A stretch of DNA of 64,000 nt from the NCBI RefSeq assembly GCF_003704095.1, contig NW_020846834.1, forward strand, positions 62,001 to 126,000, in the 5' to 3' direction. Positions 1-13,378 of this stretch are shown here, one piece after another. The stretch's first letter is position 1, and each line of letters begins with the position of its first letter. The DNA is from Pocillopora damicornis. Lineage: Eukaryota. The translations under genes were made by a program, and so were the position numbers. The notes under the pieces were generated by a model, which was given only the letters and a program-made list of their open reading frames with translations, was not told where the DNA came from and made no database searches.

Positions 1-726
1 GTTGACCGCAACCTTATTCCAAATTACAGATCACAGATCAGCTTTAAGTCTCCCCTCTCCATTTTTGTTTTCGGGAAGTAATTGCCAACTGTGAACTTAA
101 GGTTCACGGTTATTGATGATTTCTTCACTATGAAATCCTTTTGTGGGCTGACGCAGGTAAACAAGATCCTGCTATCATCAAATTAAAAGTTTCACTCTGT
201 TTGTAGGTAACCTCAGATGTTTAGTGCATAGGGAGATTAAAAGTTTTTCCTCTTACGATTATTCTTATGCTTATGTGCACAGAATATTTATTTAGAAAAA
301 GACTTAACCACCCCTCCCCTGTCCTGGCGAAACAAAATCTCTACATAAAGTATGCGCATATTATAGTTGAACCCAGTTCTTTTTTTCTTACCTTTCAAAC
401 GATTCAAAGGATCGGTAAAAATTTGTTTAAATTAGACATGCCCATAATTAACTCTGTTTTAATAGTGCGACAAGAGCAAACCTCATCTACACTGTACAAC
501 TCAATTCTTTCTTTAGAAAGACTCATTGATGATTTCTTTGTTTCCTTTCCAAGGTAGAAAAATATTCTCCTGCGGCTTTTGGTAGTGCAGCTGATTTCAT
601 GAGATAAGTATTGACCAAGAATATAAAATAAAATACAAATATCTTTTAGTTCAAGTAAAAAAATTAACACTGTAGACCAATACTTAGTCCTACGAAGAAA
701 AAGGGAAAAAAACACTTATTGTCGTA

Positions 727-1620
727 GTACAAGAGATAGGAGACTGAAGGCTGACCCGTTATGGGGCATTGTCACCCAAACAATCTCTTTCTCAGTCTTC
801 ATCTGTGATACAAAGACTAATTGGTCCCTTAAAAAGGAAAATAAAACTGTTTCAGACACTGGACTGTCTTTATGCGCTGACAGGGTGTTGGACTTTGTAC
901 AAGAGATAAGAGACTTAAAGCTGGCCCCTTAAGGGGTTGGTGTCACCCAAACAATCTCTTCCTTAGTCTTGATTTGTGATGCTAATACTTGTTCCCCGAA
1001 AAAGAGAATAAAACTGTTTCGGACACTGGACTGTCTTTATGCGCTGATTGGGTGTTGGACTTTGTACAAGAGATGGGAGACTTAAAGCTGGCCCTTTAAG
1101 GGGTAGGTGTCTCTCAAACAATCTCTTCCTAAATCCTGATCTGTGATGCAAAGACCTGGTCCCCAAAAAAGAGAATACAACTGTTTCGGACTCTGACTGT
1201 CTTTATGCGCTGATCGGGTGTTGGACTTTGTACAAGAGATGGGAGACTNNNNNNNNNNNNNNNNNNNNNNNNNNNNNNNNNNNNNNNNNNNNNNNNNNNN
1301 NNNNNNNNNNNNNNNNNNNNNNNNNNNNNNNNNNNNNNNNNNNNNNNNCAAAAAAAGAAAATAAAACTGTTTCGGACACTGGACTGTCTTTATGCGCTGA
1401 TCAGGTGTTGGACTTTGTACAAGAGATGGGAGACTTAAAGCTGGCCCCTTAAGGGGTTGGTGTCACCCAAAATATCTCTTCCTTAGTCTTGATCTGTGAT
1501 GCTAAGACTTGGTCCCCAAAAAAGAGAATAAAACTGTTTCGGACACTGGACTGTCTTTATGCGCTGATGGAGTGTTGGACTTTGTACAAGAGATGGGTGA
1601 TTAAGGGTTGACCCACTAAG
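727..1620. repeat. ~167-bp tandem minisatellite, >=5 copies, interrupted by an assembly gap
   Basis: Anchor GTACAAGAGAT recurs at 727, 897, 1064, 1230, 1417 and 1584 (spacing 166-170 bp outside the gap). Units share AAAACTGTTTCGGACACTGGACTGTCTTTATGCGCTGA and a CCCCTTAAGGGG palindrome. Confidence 0.95.
1249..1348. other. assembly gap (100 N)
   Basis: N run inside the 167-bp array, so true copy number is unknown. Confidence 0.99.
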
Positions 1621-4327
1621 GAGTCGGTATTGCTCAAAAAAAAAATCAAAGAAAAGATTAAAAGGCAACTCATTTTTGTTAATATTTCATTCATTTAAAC
1701 TTAAAAATAAATAGAAAGAAAAAAATTTAAATGATATTTTTATTCTTCATTTTTACACAGGATTCAAGGAAGTGGGGGAAAATGTATGTGCGTCTTAGAT
1801 TTCAGTGGCTTGTGATCGGCTCCATGAGGTGTCTAAGGCAAGTGGTTTGTTATCATTAAGAAGCTGCACGTAATCAATTGAGGCAGAAGCACACAACATA
1901 GAAGCATCCTTTTTAGGTATTTAATGTCGCAGAGCTGGGCTTCTTACAGCCTGGGTTCAGTCTGTCAGAATTTATTTTCTCGTGAGGGTGGATGTAAAAA
2001 CAATCGCATTTTCTTAAAGTGCTGTCCTAGCATTACGAGTTCAGTTTACGGCTCACGCGCAGCTCTTCTACCGATATCTTACTGGATACGTCAATCCACA
2101 ACTATCATACAGCAGAGCAAAACATCTTACCCACAGCCAACTGATGAAAATTAAAATTATTGAGCTTTTTCGGAGCAAGAAGGGCTTTAGCAACTTATTT
2201 CGTCATAATGGAATATAACTTGAGGTCACTTTTCTAGAAGAATGTAAGCTTATATTACCCACCTAGCTGACAGAAGAGTTAAAGATCAGAACAAAGAGAA
2301 AGAGAGAGGAAAAAAGGAAAATCATACATTGACGCAAAATAATACAGCTCTCACCAATGAGCCTGATCACAATGAAAAATTTTTATTCAAACACAAAATA
2401 GAATTAATACGAGGTGAAAAAGACTTTTTTCAGATAAATGGAAGAATTTTTCTTAAGAAAAAAAGAAACTGTGAAGCACAATTAATAGACGACAACCTTG
2501 TTTGAACATTTACGGCAAGGGTTCATTTTCGCGGAGTTGACCCTTCATTTACAACACAAATACCTCTTACTTATCGAGTTCGAGTTCAGTATCGTAAGTT
2601 ACGGACCAATTTTTTACCCGCTCAGATTTATTTCTCGCGCGTCATAAATCCGAGCAGAAAAAACGAGACATAGAGACATACCGAGAAAACGCTTTCAAAC
2701 AAACTTTTTAATTTAGTGGGCCGTACAGCGAACTACGGCCGCAAATTGACCAATCATAGCACACGTATTGACCGAGAGATATGATAAGCTTACTTAGTGT
2801 ACGTCTTATCTCTCCGCGATGATTTGATTCAGTCTCAATCCACTCTCAAACACTAATTAAAAGGGCTAAGTATCACTTAAAATCCGCGCTAGAAAACTCA
2901 TAGGAAGCGTAAATTGCAGGTTCTCCATGCACGTTTGACCTTCTTACTGTCTTCAAGGTACTCTACACGGGATCGAAATCTCATTTTATTTCTTCTAAAA
3001 CTCAATAATTGATTTAATAGGCAGTTAAGTTTTCTTGAGCAGATCCTTTCTTTTTCAAACCTACAAAGCAATCCACTTGAAAAGGAAAGTTCAAGGAAAA
3101 AAATTCTCAAGTCAAGGAAAAGTTAGGAAATTTTCAGTTTGCGTCCAGGGAGATAAACGTCGTTTACAGAAGTCAAGGAAGCGTGAAATCTACTTATTAG
3201 GATCTTGTTCCTAGGAGAGATAGGCCACCTCATTGTTCTGACATGAAACTCGATTCCAGTCCTCTTACAAATTACTACTATGGGCCTCCCCTCGGAGTCT
3301 TTTTTTCCCCAACCAATTCCATTAATAGATTGCATCTGTTCAAATATAGATCGCCTCATTTACTTCTTCCTCCTGAACATTTTCTCCTAAATACCTCAAG
3401 TAAGGCCAAAATGATTTTTTCTGTTTAATTGATGAGTTAGTGTTTAATTTCTTGCGGGTCCAACAATTAGTTTCTTTTGTGTCGCCTAGGATGAGAAAAA
3501 ATAAAAATTTCCAACCAGAAGTAGAGGTCTTACTGAAATTGCAATCATTACGCTTTTTTTGTCTGTTTGATGCAGAAAAGATAAGTTTAAGATAAAATGT
3601 GAACTTTGATTGTGGCTATTACAATTTTTGTAGTATAGTCGAACGGAAGCCTCCGTCATTATTTTACAATGGTCCATAAATCGTCTGTGAATTGTAAATT
3701 ATCAAAATTGCCTTTTTGTAAGTAAATAATAACCGCTTGCCTTTCCTCTTTCAGTCACCATTGTGTAAAAAAGAAATTCGAGGACGCGAGAATACTTCTT
3801 ATTCTGCTGAGCGAAGCCATGTTGTACACTATGACGAAAACTCCTGCAATGTTCATGGAAAAATATCAACTTTGGAAAGAAAGCAAGAATGTTAGTGGTC
3901 TCTTGCTGTCGGCCATTCTTCTTCACACCCATTTCTATAGCTTTTAAACAGTTTTGTTAAGTCTTCATGAAAGTATTTTACCTTGTGTTAGTAACATTCA
4001 CGTCAAACGCAACGCCAAACGTCTGTCTAAATACATGCTTTTTTTTCCGAACTTGACATGTTCTCTGATGGGAGGACTTGTCAGCAAGTGTGGCTATGTG
4101 TACCATAACAAGTGCTGTCAATGAATTTTCGTCTTTCGTTTCTACATAGATTAGACCACCTCAATAACGAAACCAAGGACAAATATCATGTACATTAGCC
4201 AGTTTTCTAAACAATTTGTGAGAGTTGTCTGCATTGTGGTACCTACATCTTTTAATAACGCATCTGTATTACAGCAGACGTTTGGTGAGAACATGTTTTC
4301 AATCCTTTAAAAATAAAGTATTTGCAA

Positions 4328-4445
4328 AAGCTGTCTACCTTGTGATAACACCATCGTGTAATACGCATGTGTCGGAGACAGACATTTAGTTGCACATAAC
4401 GCATACGTTTAAAAATAAATTTTACTACCACAAGGTAGACAGCTT
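4328..4445. mobile_element. small MITE-like element with 20-bp terminal inverted repeats
   Basis: AAGCTGTCTACCTTGTGATA (4328-4347) and TACCACAAGGTAGACAGCTT (4426-4445) are reverse complements with 1 mismatch. Confidence 0.6.
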
Positions 4446-6736
4446 GTACAGAGTTAAGAAAACTGTTTTCAAGAGGTGGGCGTGGTGGGGGAGGTCGGAT
4501 GGAGAAAAACAACTGTCTCAAATTGTCGTAATATTACTGTATTATAAAATTGTTGGAAAAATAATGGTAATATAACTACTGTACTATAAATTAAATATTG
4601 TACTGTAATACTGTACTGTAATACTAATTAACTGTATTAAAAGAGGCGGGTGTGTTGATAATTTTTAAGGACCATCAAATAGAGGCAGGGGATGGTGGAT
4701 GGATCGAACCCCAATTTGTCATTTTATTCTCTGAATTGGGGGTCGATCCAATCTTGCTTTCTTTCTAAGATTGATATTTGTCTCTAGTTTTATGTTTAAG
4801 GTGATCGTGTTTCTTGGTATCCAGCTTTGGGTGGTTGAACAAATCTGCAAAACAGAGAAATGAAATCAAGGCCAAGAATTTGAGTCATTTCAACGTTTAC
4901 CCCAATTTTTTGCCTTCCCTTCCATGGTCTTTTTTTATTTAAAATAAATTGAATAAAACCAATAACGTTGAAGCTATCAGAATAAACGTTTAATTTTTTC
5001 AAGAGAGACTAAAAATACTTTTTACGGTCTTTTTTTTCCTCTCTAGCAATCTGAAGTGAACTGCATGACAAATATATTTAATCACCTGAGGAACACGAAA
5101 TGCCAGTCTTCAAAATGGCTTTTCCTAATTGATCCTTTCTTAGGTCCAATCTTTATTATTTTCTTCATTCAGAAATCTGTAGAAAGTTTAACATTACAAA
5201 TGTAACCTGTACTTCTATGTGAACGGGCAGAAAATAAACATCATTTAATACGAAACCAGGTTCAGTGTACTGTTCAAGTCTTTGAGTTTTAGAAATTCAC
5301 AAAGTATAAATTTATTAGAATGGAGAATGCATCTCTTTTATGAAATAAGTAAGCAATGATGGAAAGAAAGAGAGAAGGGCGAAACTGTAAGTGAAGAGCT
5401 GTAAAATCCCTCAGGTAGCGTGAATTCTGCTTTTGGCATGGACTTTGCATATTACAATTTGCGTTTTGCACATGGCTTTTTGAAATGGCTACACAATTCT
5501 CTATGCTGTAAAGCAAATTTTCAGTAATTATTGATAACACGAAAACATATTTTGGCGAAATTTTAGGCCATGAAGAAACACCTGTGGAATTGTATGACTT
5601 GAATTTGACTAACTCAATTTCATTTTATTAATTTTGTTCAACACTAAAATAGACAGTGGTTGACTTTTTAGTTACTTCAATTACATGTTGAGGAAATAAC
5701 AACAGTGGAAATCAATGTGTACTCTCTGATTTGACAGGCAGGAAAAAGAAGCAAAAACTGCAGATGCTAAAATTTCAAGACGTTCCGGCACTAAAGCCAA
5801 ACCTTGCAGTTATTTTGGACCTTTATGTAGTTCAATTTTAGTTTGCCTTTAGCGATAGGATCAACTTTTCAAGCTGTTCAAGTCCTAATATGGTTTTTTT
5901 ATTATTGAGATCTGACCAAAAGACTACTTATCCAAGCAATTTCATGTAGTGAAAATGTTATACCATCAAAAGTAAGTGTACAGCATCTCACTGTCACATG
6001 GAAAGTCCTAATTGGCTTCTGTGGAATAAAACCATGGACTGAGTAAGATGTAGAACTTTCTAACCTGTAATCAGTATATCAACACATCATCTTGTAACCT
6101 TCCATCCCCGTTGACATCATAAACTACTCTTCATAGAAACCACTGCCTACCTGAAAAAGACAGTTTCTACAAAACTTACCTGCGAGTGAAAACGTCTGCC
6201 AGATTGATACTGTATGTAAATTATTACGTACTATACAGCTACATGGAAAGAACTTAAACTAGAAAATAAAGTAGAGCCAAAGTAAACTCCATGTCACTGC
6301 AGAGTAAAATCTATGTCACTCCCCTGGCCAATTTCCTCACCACCCCTCTAAAGAGGAAAGAATTCCATTCTAACTGAAAATTCTACCTGATTATTCTGGC
6401 CCAAAAAACGGTAATACTATATCGTGAACAATACAAAATTATTCAGGCATTACGTCACCAAGATAGAATTTTTAATTAGCCAAGCAAGTAATGGAAAGCC
6501 TTAAATGTTATTGGTTGCAACGCTTCTTTACCACACAGCTACAGGCTTTATGACACGGTCTGCTCTTAAGAGCGAATAGGAACACAAAAACTGCTTAGAT
6601 ACTCGATTCTTATGGCCAGGATTCAAGTATGCAAAATCTATGCATCAAGTTGGCAAAAGATATTGCCGTTAAAAGAAAGGCAGCTAACCTGTCTTCTTTT
6701 TCAGTGCCCTCCTTATCCCACACCCCAAGAATAAAC

Positions 6737-7060
6737 CAGTCAGTCAGTAAGTAAGTTATTCAGTCAGTCAGTCCCTCCATCAGTTAACCACCCAGCCAGC
6801 CGGTCACTCAGCCTACAAGCCTGTCAGTAAACTAACAAGACAGCCGGCCAGTCGGCTGGTCAGTCAGTTGGTTAGTTAGCCAGTCAGTCCCTCTGTCAGT
6901 CAACCACTAAGCCAGTCAGCCTGCAAGCCAGTCAGTAAACTAATGATGCAGCCAGCAAGTTGGCTGGTCAGTCAGTCGGTTAGTCAGTCAATCAGCCTCT
7001 CTGTCAGTTAGCCATACAACCAGCCTGCTAGTCAGCCAGTCAATCCTTCAGTCAGTAAGT
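6737..7060. repeat. degenerate (CAGT/CAGC)n low-complexity repeat with a ~110-bp higher-order duplication
   Basis: Runs of CAGT/CAGC; the block ...GTCAGTAAACTAA...GGCTGGTCAGTCAGT...CTCTGTCAGT occurs twice. Confidence 0.85.
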
Positions 7061-7641
7061 TATCATATTGTGAAGGAACCTAGAGCCAACTGTACCCACA
7101 TTCATATGTTTAAAATTTGATAGACTACCATGAAACTAAAAATTAAGTCACCTTTCATTTGCATTGTTGTTGTCAGTCATCATCAATCTGTCAATACTTT
7201 TCACTGTCATTTTTTGGCTCAAGATGTTTGGCTCATGCTTTTATGGTGAACCTTAAATAAAGACACATTATTGAATTACTACATGTAACACTCTTTAATC
7301 AAAACAAATTGCATTCTATCAGTATCATGGTAGCTTATTTTGACATTATTTATCTCTCTCGGTACACTGTAAGTAGCCCATGCAGCCAAAGTTTATCCAA
7401 AAGCTTTACCATGACAACTATCTGAAGAGACTGAGAGTATTACTTAACTACTTTTCCAAAATAAGATCTTTGAACATAACACATTAACTCCAGCTAGGTC
7501 TTTAAGCCATCCCTTTTCATTTAGAGTCCAGTTGGTTAGCCAACTGCTTGTACTGATTGCCCAGTATTTCATAATAATCATATTGCACTGACCCCGTTTG
7601 TTTGAAAATTGGACAATGCTATCCAGCAGACAAATCACTAC

Positions 7642-10600
7642 CTGGTAGACAGAAATATTTTTTTGTGAAACCATATTTTCTGGGTAATGATCATCTGGGA
7701 CACTTCCCCATCCAGCTGTATAACGGCTCAGATCCGATCCAACACTTTGGTTAGAGCTTTGCATCAAAGTGCAATGGGAAATACAGATCCTAACAGGAAA
7801 CAGTCCACAATTTATTTAATGAATACTTGCTGTGTGTTGTTATTTGAGTAGACATGTCCATCCATAACAAGCAAGGAAAATTAAGGATATGAAAGCTCAA
7901 ACAAATAAACCTCATTCCCTTGTTTAACACATAAAAGGCTCTGATTTGTTTTACCAGTGAGCAAAATGTCTGCTTGTATTATATGTTAAACCATCAAATA
8001 ACTGATTAGTAATTCACTATGGTTTGACTTTTTTTGGCTTCTAGATTTCAAACTAAATCCTACTACCTTATCTGAGTATTGCATCAATCAAACAAGCTGT
8101 GTGCAAAAGACAGAAATAGCACTGGCAAAATCATTAAAGTCCTTAAACCCCCTAAAGAATTTGTTGCTTTAAGAGTAATAAATGCAGTAAAACCAAAGTT
8201 TGGATTGTTCAGAGTAGCCATTTCATTGCTACCCTTTCTATCTGGATTTTTGCCATCTTCTACTGTGAACTACAGTGTACAGTATAACTGTGTACTTAGA
8301 AAAATTGTTTCTAAAAAAGAAAAACTTATTACCCTAGTGAAGTATCCAGTAATTAAAATTGCCAAATCCAAGTCCACCAAGACTTACCCTGTCACAATTT
8401 TACAAGAGTGCTATCAGTCTAAGGTATTCTTCAATAAAACTTTGCAGAGCCTGAACAAAGAAAATGCCACCTTCCCAAAATAAGTGACAAAGAAAAATAA
8501 TTTTACAATAGTCTCTAAAATGAGTGGAAACAACCAATATTCTTGCCAAATTGTTAAGAAACTAAACTAACACTAAGTTTTTTGCAAAGTATTGCCTCCA
8601 TCTTCAGAAATAAAACCAGCAAAATACAAATTTCAATGACACCCACTCTTGCCTTGCTTAATGAAAAGTTAATTATCAACTAAAAATCACTATTTTTGAT
8701 TGCAAACAAAAGATGAATCTTACCCTGACTGCATGGAAACTTCCATTAGCTTGGAAATATAATTAAGATTAAAATATCTTACAAGAATCATCTAATTCAT
8801 GTTACCTTTTAAACTAGTAAAATTATAACCTTAATCAAAAGATCACCTCAAAATGTACGACACGATCTTCACAATATCTATAGACCCCTCATGACACCTT
8901 ATCTACAATCACATGCTTCTTACTCTACATTGAGTATTTTGCTGATTCATCTTTTGTGACTCTACCAATATATGCACACAATCCCCTTGTTTGCTACTGC
9001 AAAGTTTGACATTTTACCATGGAAATTATGTTGCTATGTATGTTTACCCAATTTGATATGATGGCATGATACCTGGTAATGGAATTCAAAATTTTTAAAA
9101 CATGTCCACCCTCATTCCTATAACAAAATCTCCTCAGCAATAAACATTCTCTGCACCAAATTTACCACACTGTATCGAATGCAAAGCCACTCCAGCTAAG
9201 ACACCTCACAAGAAAGTGGGTTTTTCAAAAGGAAAATCAGCTGATGAGAATCATTATAATTTATCATGTGATTGATCAATCCTTTAATTAACCACCACTC
9301 ATATAATCAATTTCATATACTTGTATCTGTATCCCTTTTTACAAAATAGCTGATAATGTAAAACTTTCCATACATAGTGCTTAAGAGATGAGTCTTTACA
9401 CTCGCACAATTTACTGTAAAAGTGATTTGAAGACACTGACTGATGGCCTTGTTAAAATTTCTTAAGGTAAATTATTCCTTAGCCTTGGTGTAGCAACTAA
9501 GAAAGCCCTGTTACCCTAGGTTTTCAACTTGGTCTTTTAAAATTCTAAAAGATACTTATAGAGGGCATTAGAGGAACCAATAGATGACTGATATATGCAA
9601 GTGCCAGATAATTCAATCCCTTGTGTGTAAGCAATGAACTTTGATAATAATTTGCTGCTCTACAGGGAGCCAGTGTAAGTGCTTAAAAATCAGGCATGTG
9701 TAGAGCCCTAAACTGTTTAGTAACAACACAAACAGTGGAGTTTTTTTCTAATGCACTGTTCAAGCAAAGCAAAGAGAAATGAGTGACACTCATTTAAATG
9801 AAAAGTAACTCTTTAAACAATACCAGCATAAGATCAAGTATGAGTCAAATTGGTAGATACGATGTCCATACCATCACAGGTAAAGTTATAGCTAGGGACT
9901 AAAGTATTCTCTGTTTTCAATATTGGTGAGTTTCCGTGGGTGTAACTTTGATAAAGCAACCAATATACAGCAACTTTCTCAAGACTGCTCTCAAGCTTTC
10001 TTTTGATTTCTTTCAAAAACCTCTTTCCCAAACTTTGAGTTGCCAAACTTGGGTGCTGTGTTTACAATAACTGTCTTATTCCTATCGATATCTATGATGA
10101 CATAATTACATTCTCTAACTAAAGCAGTCTCCGGACCATAAAAGTTCTTAAATACTGATGGGAAGATCACCCTGAGACAAGTTATTGCAACTGTGTTCAA
10201 TCAATTGTGAAGCTATCACTTTTTCAGTAATTTGAGACATAAGCATAAATTTGGAGATGAGATGGAAGTTCGCACGATATTTTACCGGTTTGTAAGATGT
10301 GCTGATTTGAGGCTGTATCAAGAACAGTACAGCCTTTCATTGGGATCATCAGGGGAGGGACATAGCGTGACGCTAAACCCGAAGGATCCACTGAAGGATC
10401 TACTGAGTGAGTTCCTGTCCCACACGAAAAAAACTACATTAACATTCACGCCTGAAAGAACTCCTATAACAACAAAAACAACACCACGTGTCCAGAGGTA
10501 TCCAGATTTAAATATTCAAATTTGCAGCAATACTCCTCTCAAAAATATCGGAATAATTCACCCATTTTAAGCCTACTATGCCAGTAATATTATATATTAC

Positions 10601-10872
10601 ACAGATTAAGCAAATTTTTAAAAAGTGTAATTTTTTAAAGTTTTCTTTACCTACCTATTGCTGTCAATTTGACATCTGGCATGCAATTGGGAAACTGAGT
10701 GGTCTTCATCTCTATGTTTTTCGGCCTCTCTTCCTTCCTTCTTATATCTAAAGATCATTAAGCAAAGGAAAGTTGCTGAGAAGCTGAGTAGTCCTCTAAT
10801 TCCGGGCCATTTGCCAAAGTAAGCTGTCATTTCCTTGCAGTTCTCACAATATCTTTCGCAATGTCCCGCCAT
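7642..10872 (-). pseudogene. spliced gene relic, exons 10872-10655 and 7789-7642; one frame resembles HAUS2/augmin subunit 2
   Basis: Start context AACATGGCGG, donor AG|GTAGGT at 10654, acceptor TTTCCTGTTAG| at 7790, donor CAG|GTAGTG at 7641. The +1 frame reads MA-DIAKDIVRTARK*...DVKLTAIG|SVFPIAL*CKALTKVLDRI*AVIQ, with TGA stops at plausible CGA(Arg) positions. IALRCKALTKVLDRIRAVIQ resembles the HAUS2 segment [20 protein letters not shown] (recalled, not searched). CpG depletion from ~5.8 to 10.2 kb fits a formerly methylated gene body. Confidence 0.4.
8080..10500 (-). pseudogene. decayed, apparently intronless membrane-protein coding relic nested in the intron of the above
   Basis: Minus-strand frames give a hydrophobic leader (YLWTRGVVFVVIGVLSG), polar segments with N-x-T sites (ORFs 10200-9991 and 10046-9834, overlapping in shifted frames), then several hydrophobic stretches at 8.1-8.8 kb (LETIVKLFFFVTYF, LAILITGYFTRVISFSFL, LRTLMILPVLFLSF). 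Stops and frameshifts are scattered throughout. Confidence 0.35.
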
Positions 10873-13235
10873 GTTGGAGTTCTCAGTCCTATGCCCAGCT
10901 CTCCTCCACAACGATGAAACGCCCACGTTTCACGAACAACAATGCGCGAAAACGCGGGAAATTCCAGATGCTACGAGGAAACACGTCAGGTTTTTCGGAA
11001 TTCCGGAGAAGTTCAGCCTTTGGTCGCTATTGTGACATTTCAGAAATGTCCTTTTTTTCTAGTTTGGAAAGCTCTGCCGTTTCTCCAATGTAGCACCACG
11101 AATATTTGGTACAAGGAATTTTTTGTACGACGTTTGTCTGAGAATCTAGCGAAGGTCGAAACTTCGAGGCCGGGAACCGTCGTTGTGGGGTGGACAATGG
11201 TTTGTTTAGAGAGAGCGCGTGTTAAAGGTTCGGGCATGCCTTTGAGGTAACGAAGAAAAGCGAAAGACTTGGGTGAGTCGGGTGGTTCAACCATCTTGAA
11301 AAACATTTCAACAAGTTCTCCTGGGGATATGTTTGTCGAGGATCGGGTCATTAATCTGTATGTTTTTAATGAACTTAGAAGGATAACTTTGGATTCCAGA
11401 GCTGTACAAACTCTATTATGTTCTCACTTTTTGCCTTCGGAAGAATTGGGTAAATTTAAGGCTCAGTTCAAAACAGTTGCTGCTGTGCTGGCCTTCTGTC
11501 TACTGTCAAGATGGGAAATATTAAGTCCGACTTTTGCATTCTGTTGGCCACAACTGATCCCCCTCCCGTACCCCTGAAATCTTGTGATTCCCTACGTCTC
11601 CTCCCCCCTCCCGAGCGACAAATAATGCCTGGTCCCGAAGCATTAAAGAATTAGAGAAAAACTGCGATTTCTAGTGGATAAGAGAAGGAGAACAAAGCAC
11701 TGTAAAATTTTTTTTCATATCTAAGGTAAGCCTTCGTAATTATCTTTCTGTACGCAAAAAAAATTATAAATAAAGAAAAGTGAAACAGATGAAAGGACAA
11801 TATCTATTTATTTGATTTTAAAGTTATTTACTTTCATTGCACGGAAAATCGAAATTGGGAACACAAGATTGCCAAGTAGGCGTCGATCACACATCGCTAC
11901 AGGCTCATCTGCAATATTTTATGGGAGAAAAAAAAAACATTTTTCACAGCTGGGTGTGAAGAAAACAGAGAGGCTACTTGAGTATGTCAGCGGGCTCAAA
12001 TGATTTTCTTGATGGGATAAAATTTTAAAGAATGATAAAAGAGAACAAGATGAACATCTGAGGAAAATAATTAAAAAAGCATTTTATGATTGTAGTGCTT
12101 GTCAGGAACTTTGATTGCGCCTTCGATCACTGTACACACAAACCTTGTTTTGAGCCTGAACCATTCATTCTAGGGGGTGTGGTCTGGGAGTGTAACAGCG
12201 CATAGTTTTTAACCTCCACCCCCCTGGGATAAATGATCCTTTAAGCTATCGCTTACTTAATGGAAATTATGAAGAGTGCGGGGAGTGCGAATCTCCTGCT
12301 TCCTGGAAGTAGATATAGAAAAAGAGCAGGTCATATTACTTAAGATGAGAATGGTTTCAAGGATCTGCATCGCTACCTCAGATGAGTTTTTCAGTAAAAC
12401 AGCAACCATAGTATCAGTACAAAAATCTTGATTTCATTGATATCACAGTATGATATCAAAACAAGAGCCCATTACTGATGGGCTCCTGACCAAAGTCAGT
12501 TTTGGAACACATACTTTGCTTCTTCGCTGAACGTGGAATACTTCATTCTCACTGATGGTTACGAGCACGTGATCGTAGTCGAGGTAAGATTCGCTCAACA
12601 TTGACTGCCGGGGGTCAAAGTCGTCCGAAAACTGAGAATGAAAGAGCTACGCGGCTTTGCGAATCATTCACAAATTATCCAATGTTTAAACTCTGTTTCT
12701 GCATTGTCGTGTTTAACTTTCTCATCCTTGTCGCTATCCTTGCTCCTTTAAAACGTTCGTTGTGTGAATTCTCCTTAAAGCCATGTTTTTCGTGTAGTCA
12801 AAGGTTTCCTTCTATCGCAAGGCAATCATCTTTCACACAAGACGGTTAAAAATATCATAATGCAACTCCGATAAAAATTTCCCTTTCAATTCATCCACCT
12901 TGCCTTGTAGCCGTTATTTGGTCACGTCACGCAAGAGCTCTGAGTGCTTTGCGTGACTATGTGACGATGTAAAGCAGGCCACTTACAGCGCTAATCCAGC
13001 TGCATTTCAAAGGAACCATTTCAAGAATTAGACCGACTCCCTACGTGAATGAATAACCATACAGCATGTTTCCGAAATAAGTTTAATATCTTGAGCTGAT
13101 AAAAGAGATTTCGAGCAAATATTACTTCTTCACTGCGTCCTTTTCATCTTCCCGCAGAGCAAGTTAGAGCAAAGATTGCAATTTTTACATGTCTTTAGAG
13201 AGAATCAAGGGAGATGAGAGCGCTTGTTATTCAGA

Positions 13236-13378
13236 GTCTAGTTGATCAAAGGAGAAATGATGCTATCCAATGCATAAATCACTATCCAGTGGATAAGCTT
13301 TAACAAAACGTACTGTGCCATCCACCGGATAGAGATTTCTCCAATAGCGTTAGTCACCCTTCGAACAGCCGGTGCCAG
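13236..13378. mobile_element. degenerate MITE (CTATCCA..GGATA family)
   Basis: Internal palindromic CTATCCAGTGGATA and CCACCGGATAG motifs with degenerate (G)GTTGTTCAAAG...CTTCGAACAGCCGG termini. A related element lies at 63591-63824. Confidence 0.55.

Noticed and set aside
963-1668. ORFs within the 167-bp repeat and across N gaps
   Set aside because: Products of tandem repetition and gap translation.
1-6220. Scattered minus-strand exon-like pieces (donor near 391; pieces near 5.4-5.5, 5.96-6.02 and 6.06-6.21 kb)
   Set aside because: In-frame stops and no consistent exon chain; possibly further pseudogene debris but unsupported.
8079-8483. 134-aa plus-strand ORF
   Set aside because: TTG start and K/N/I/T-rich; best explained as an antisense shadow of the minus-strand relic.
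12515-12631. Isolated minus-strand exon candidate (FSDDFDPRQSMLSESYLDYDHV...)
   Set aside because: Splice signals are plausible but it could not be linked to other exons or a family.
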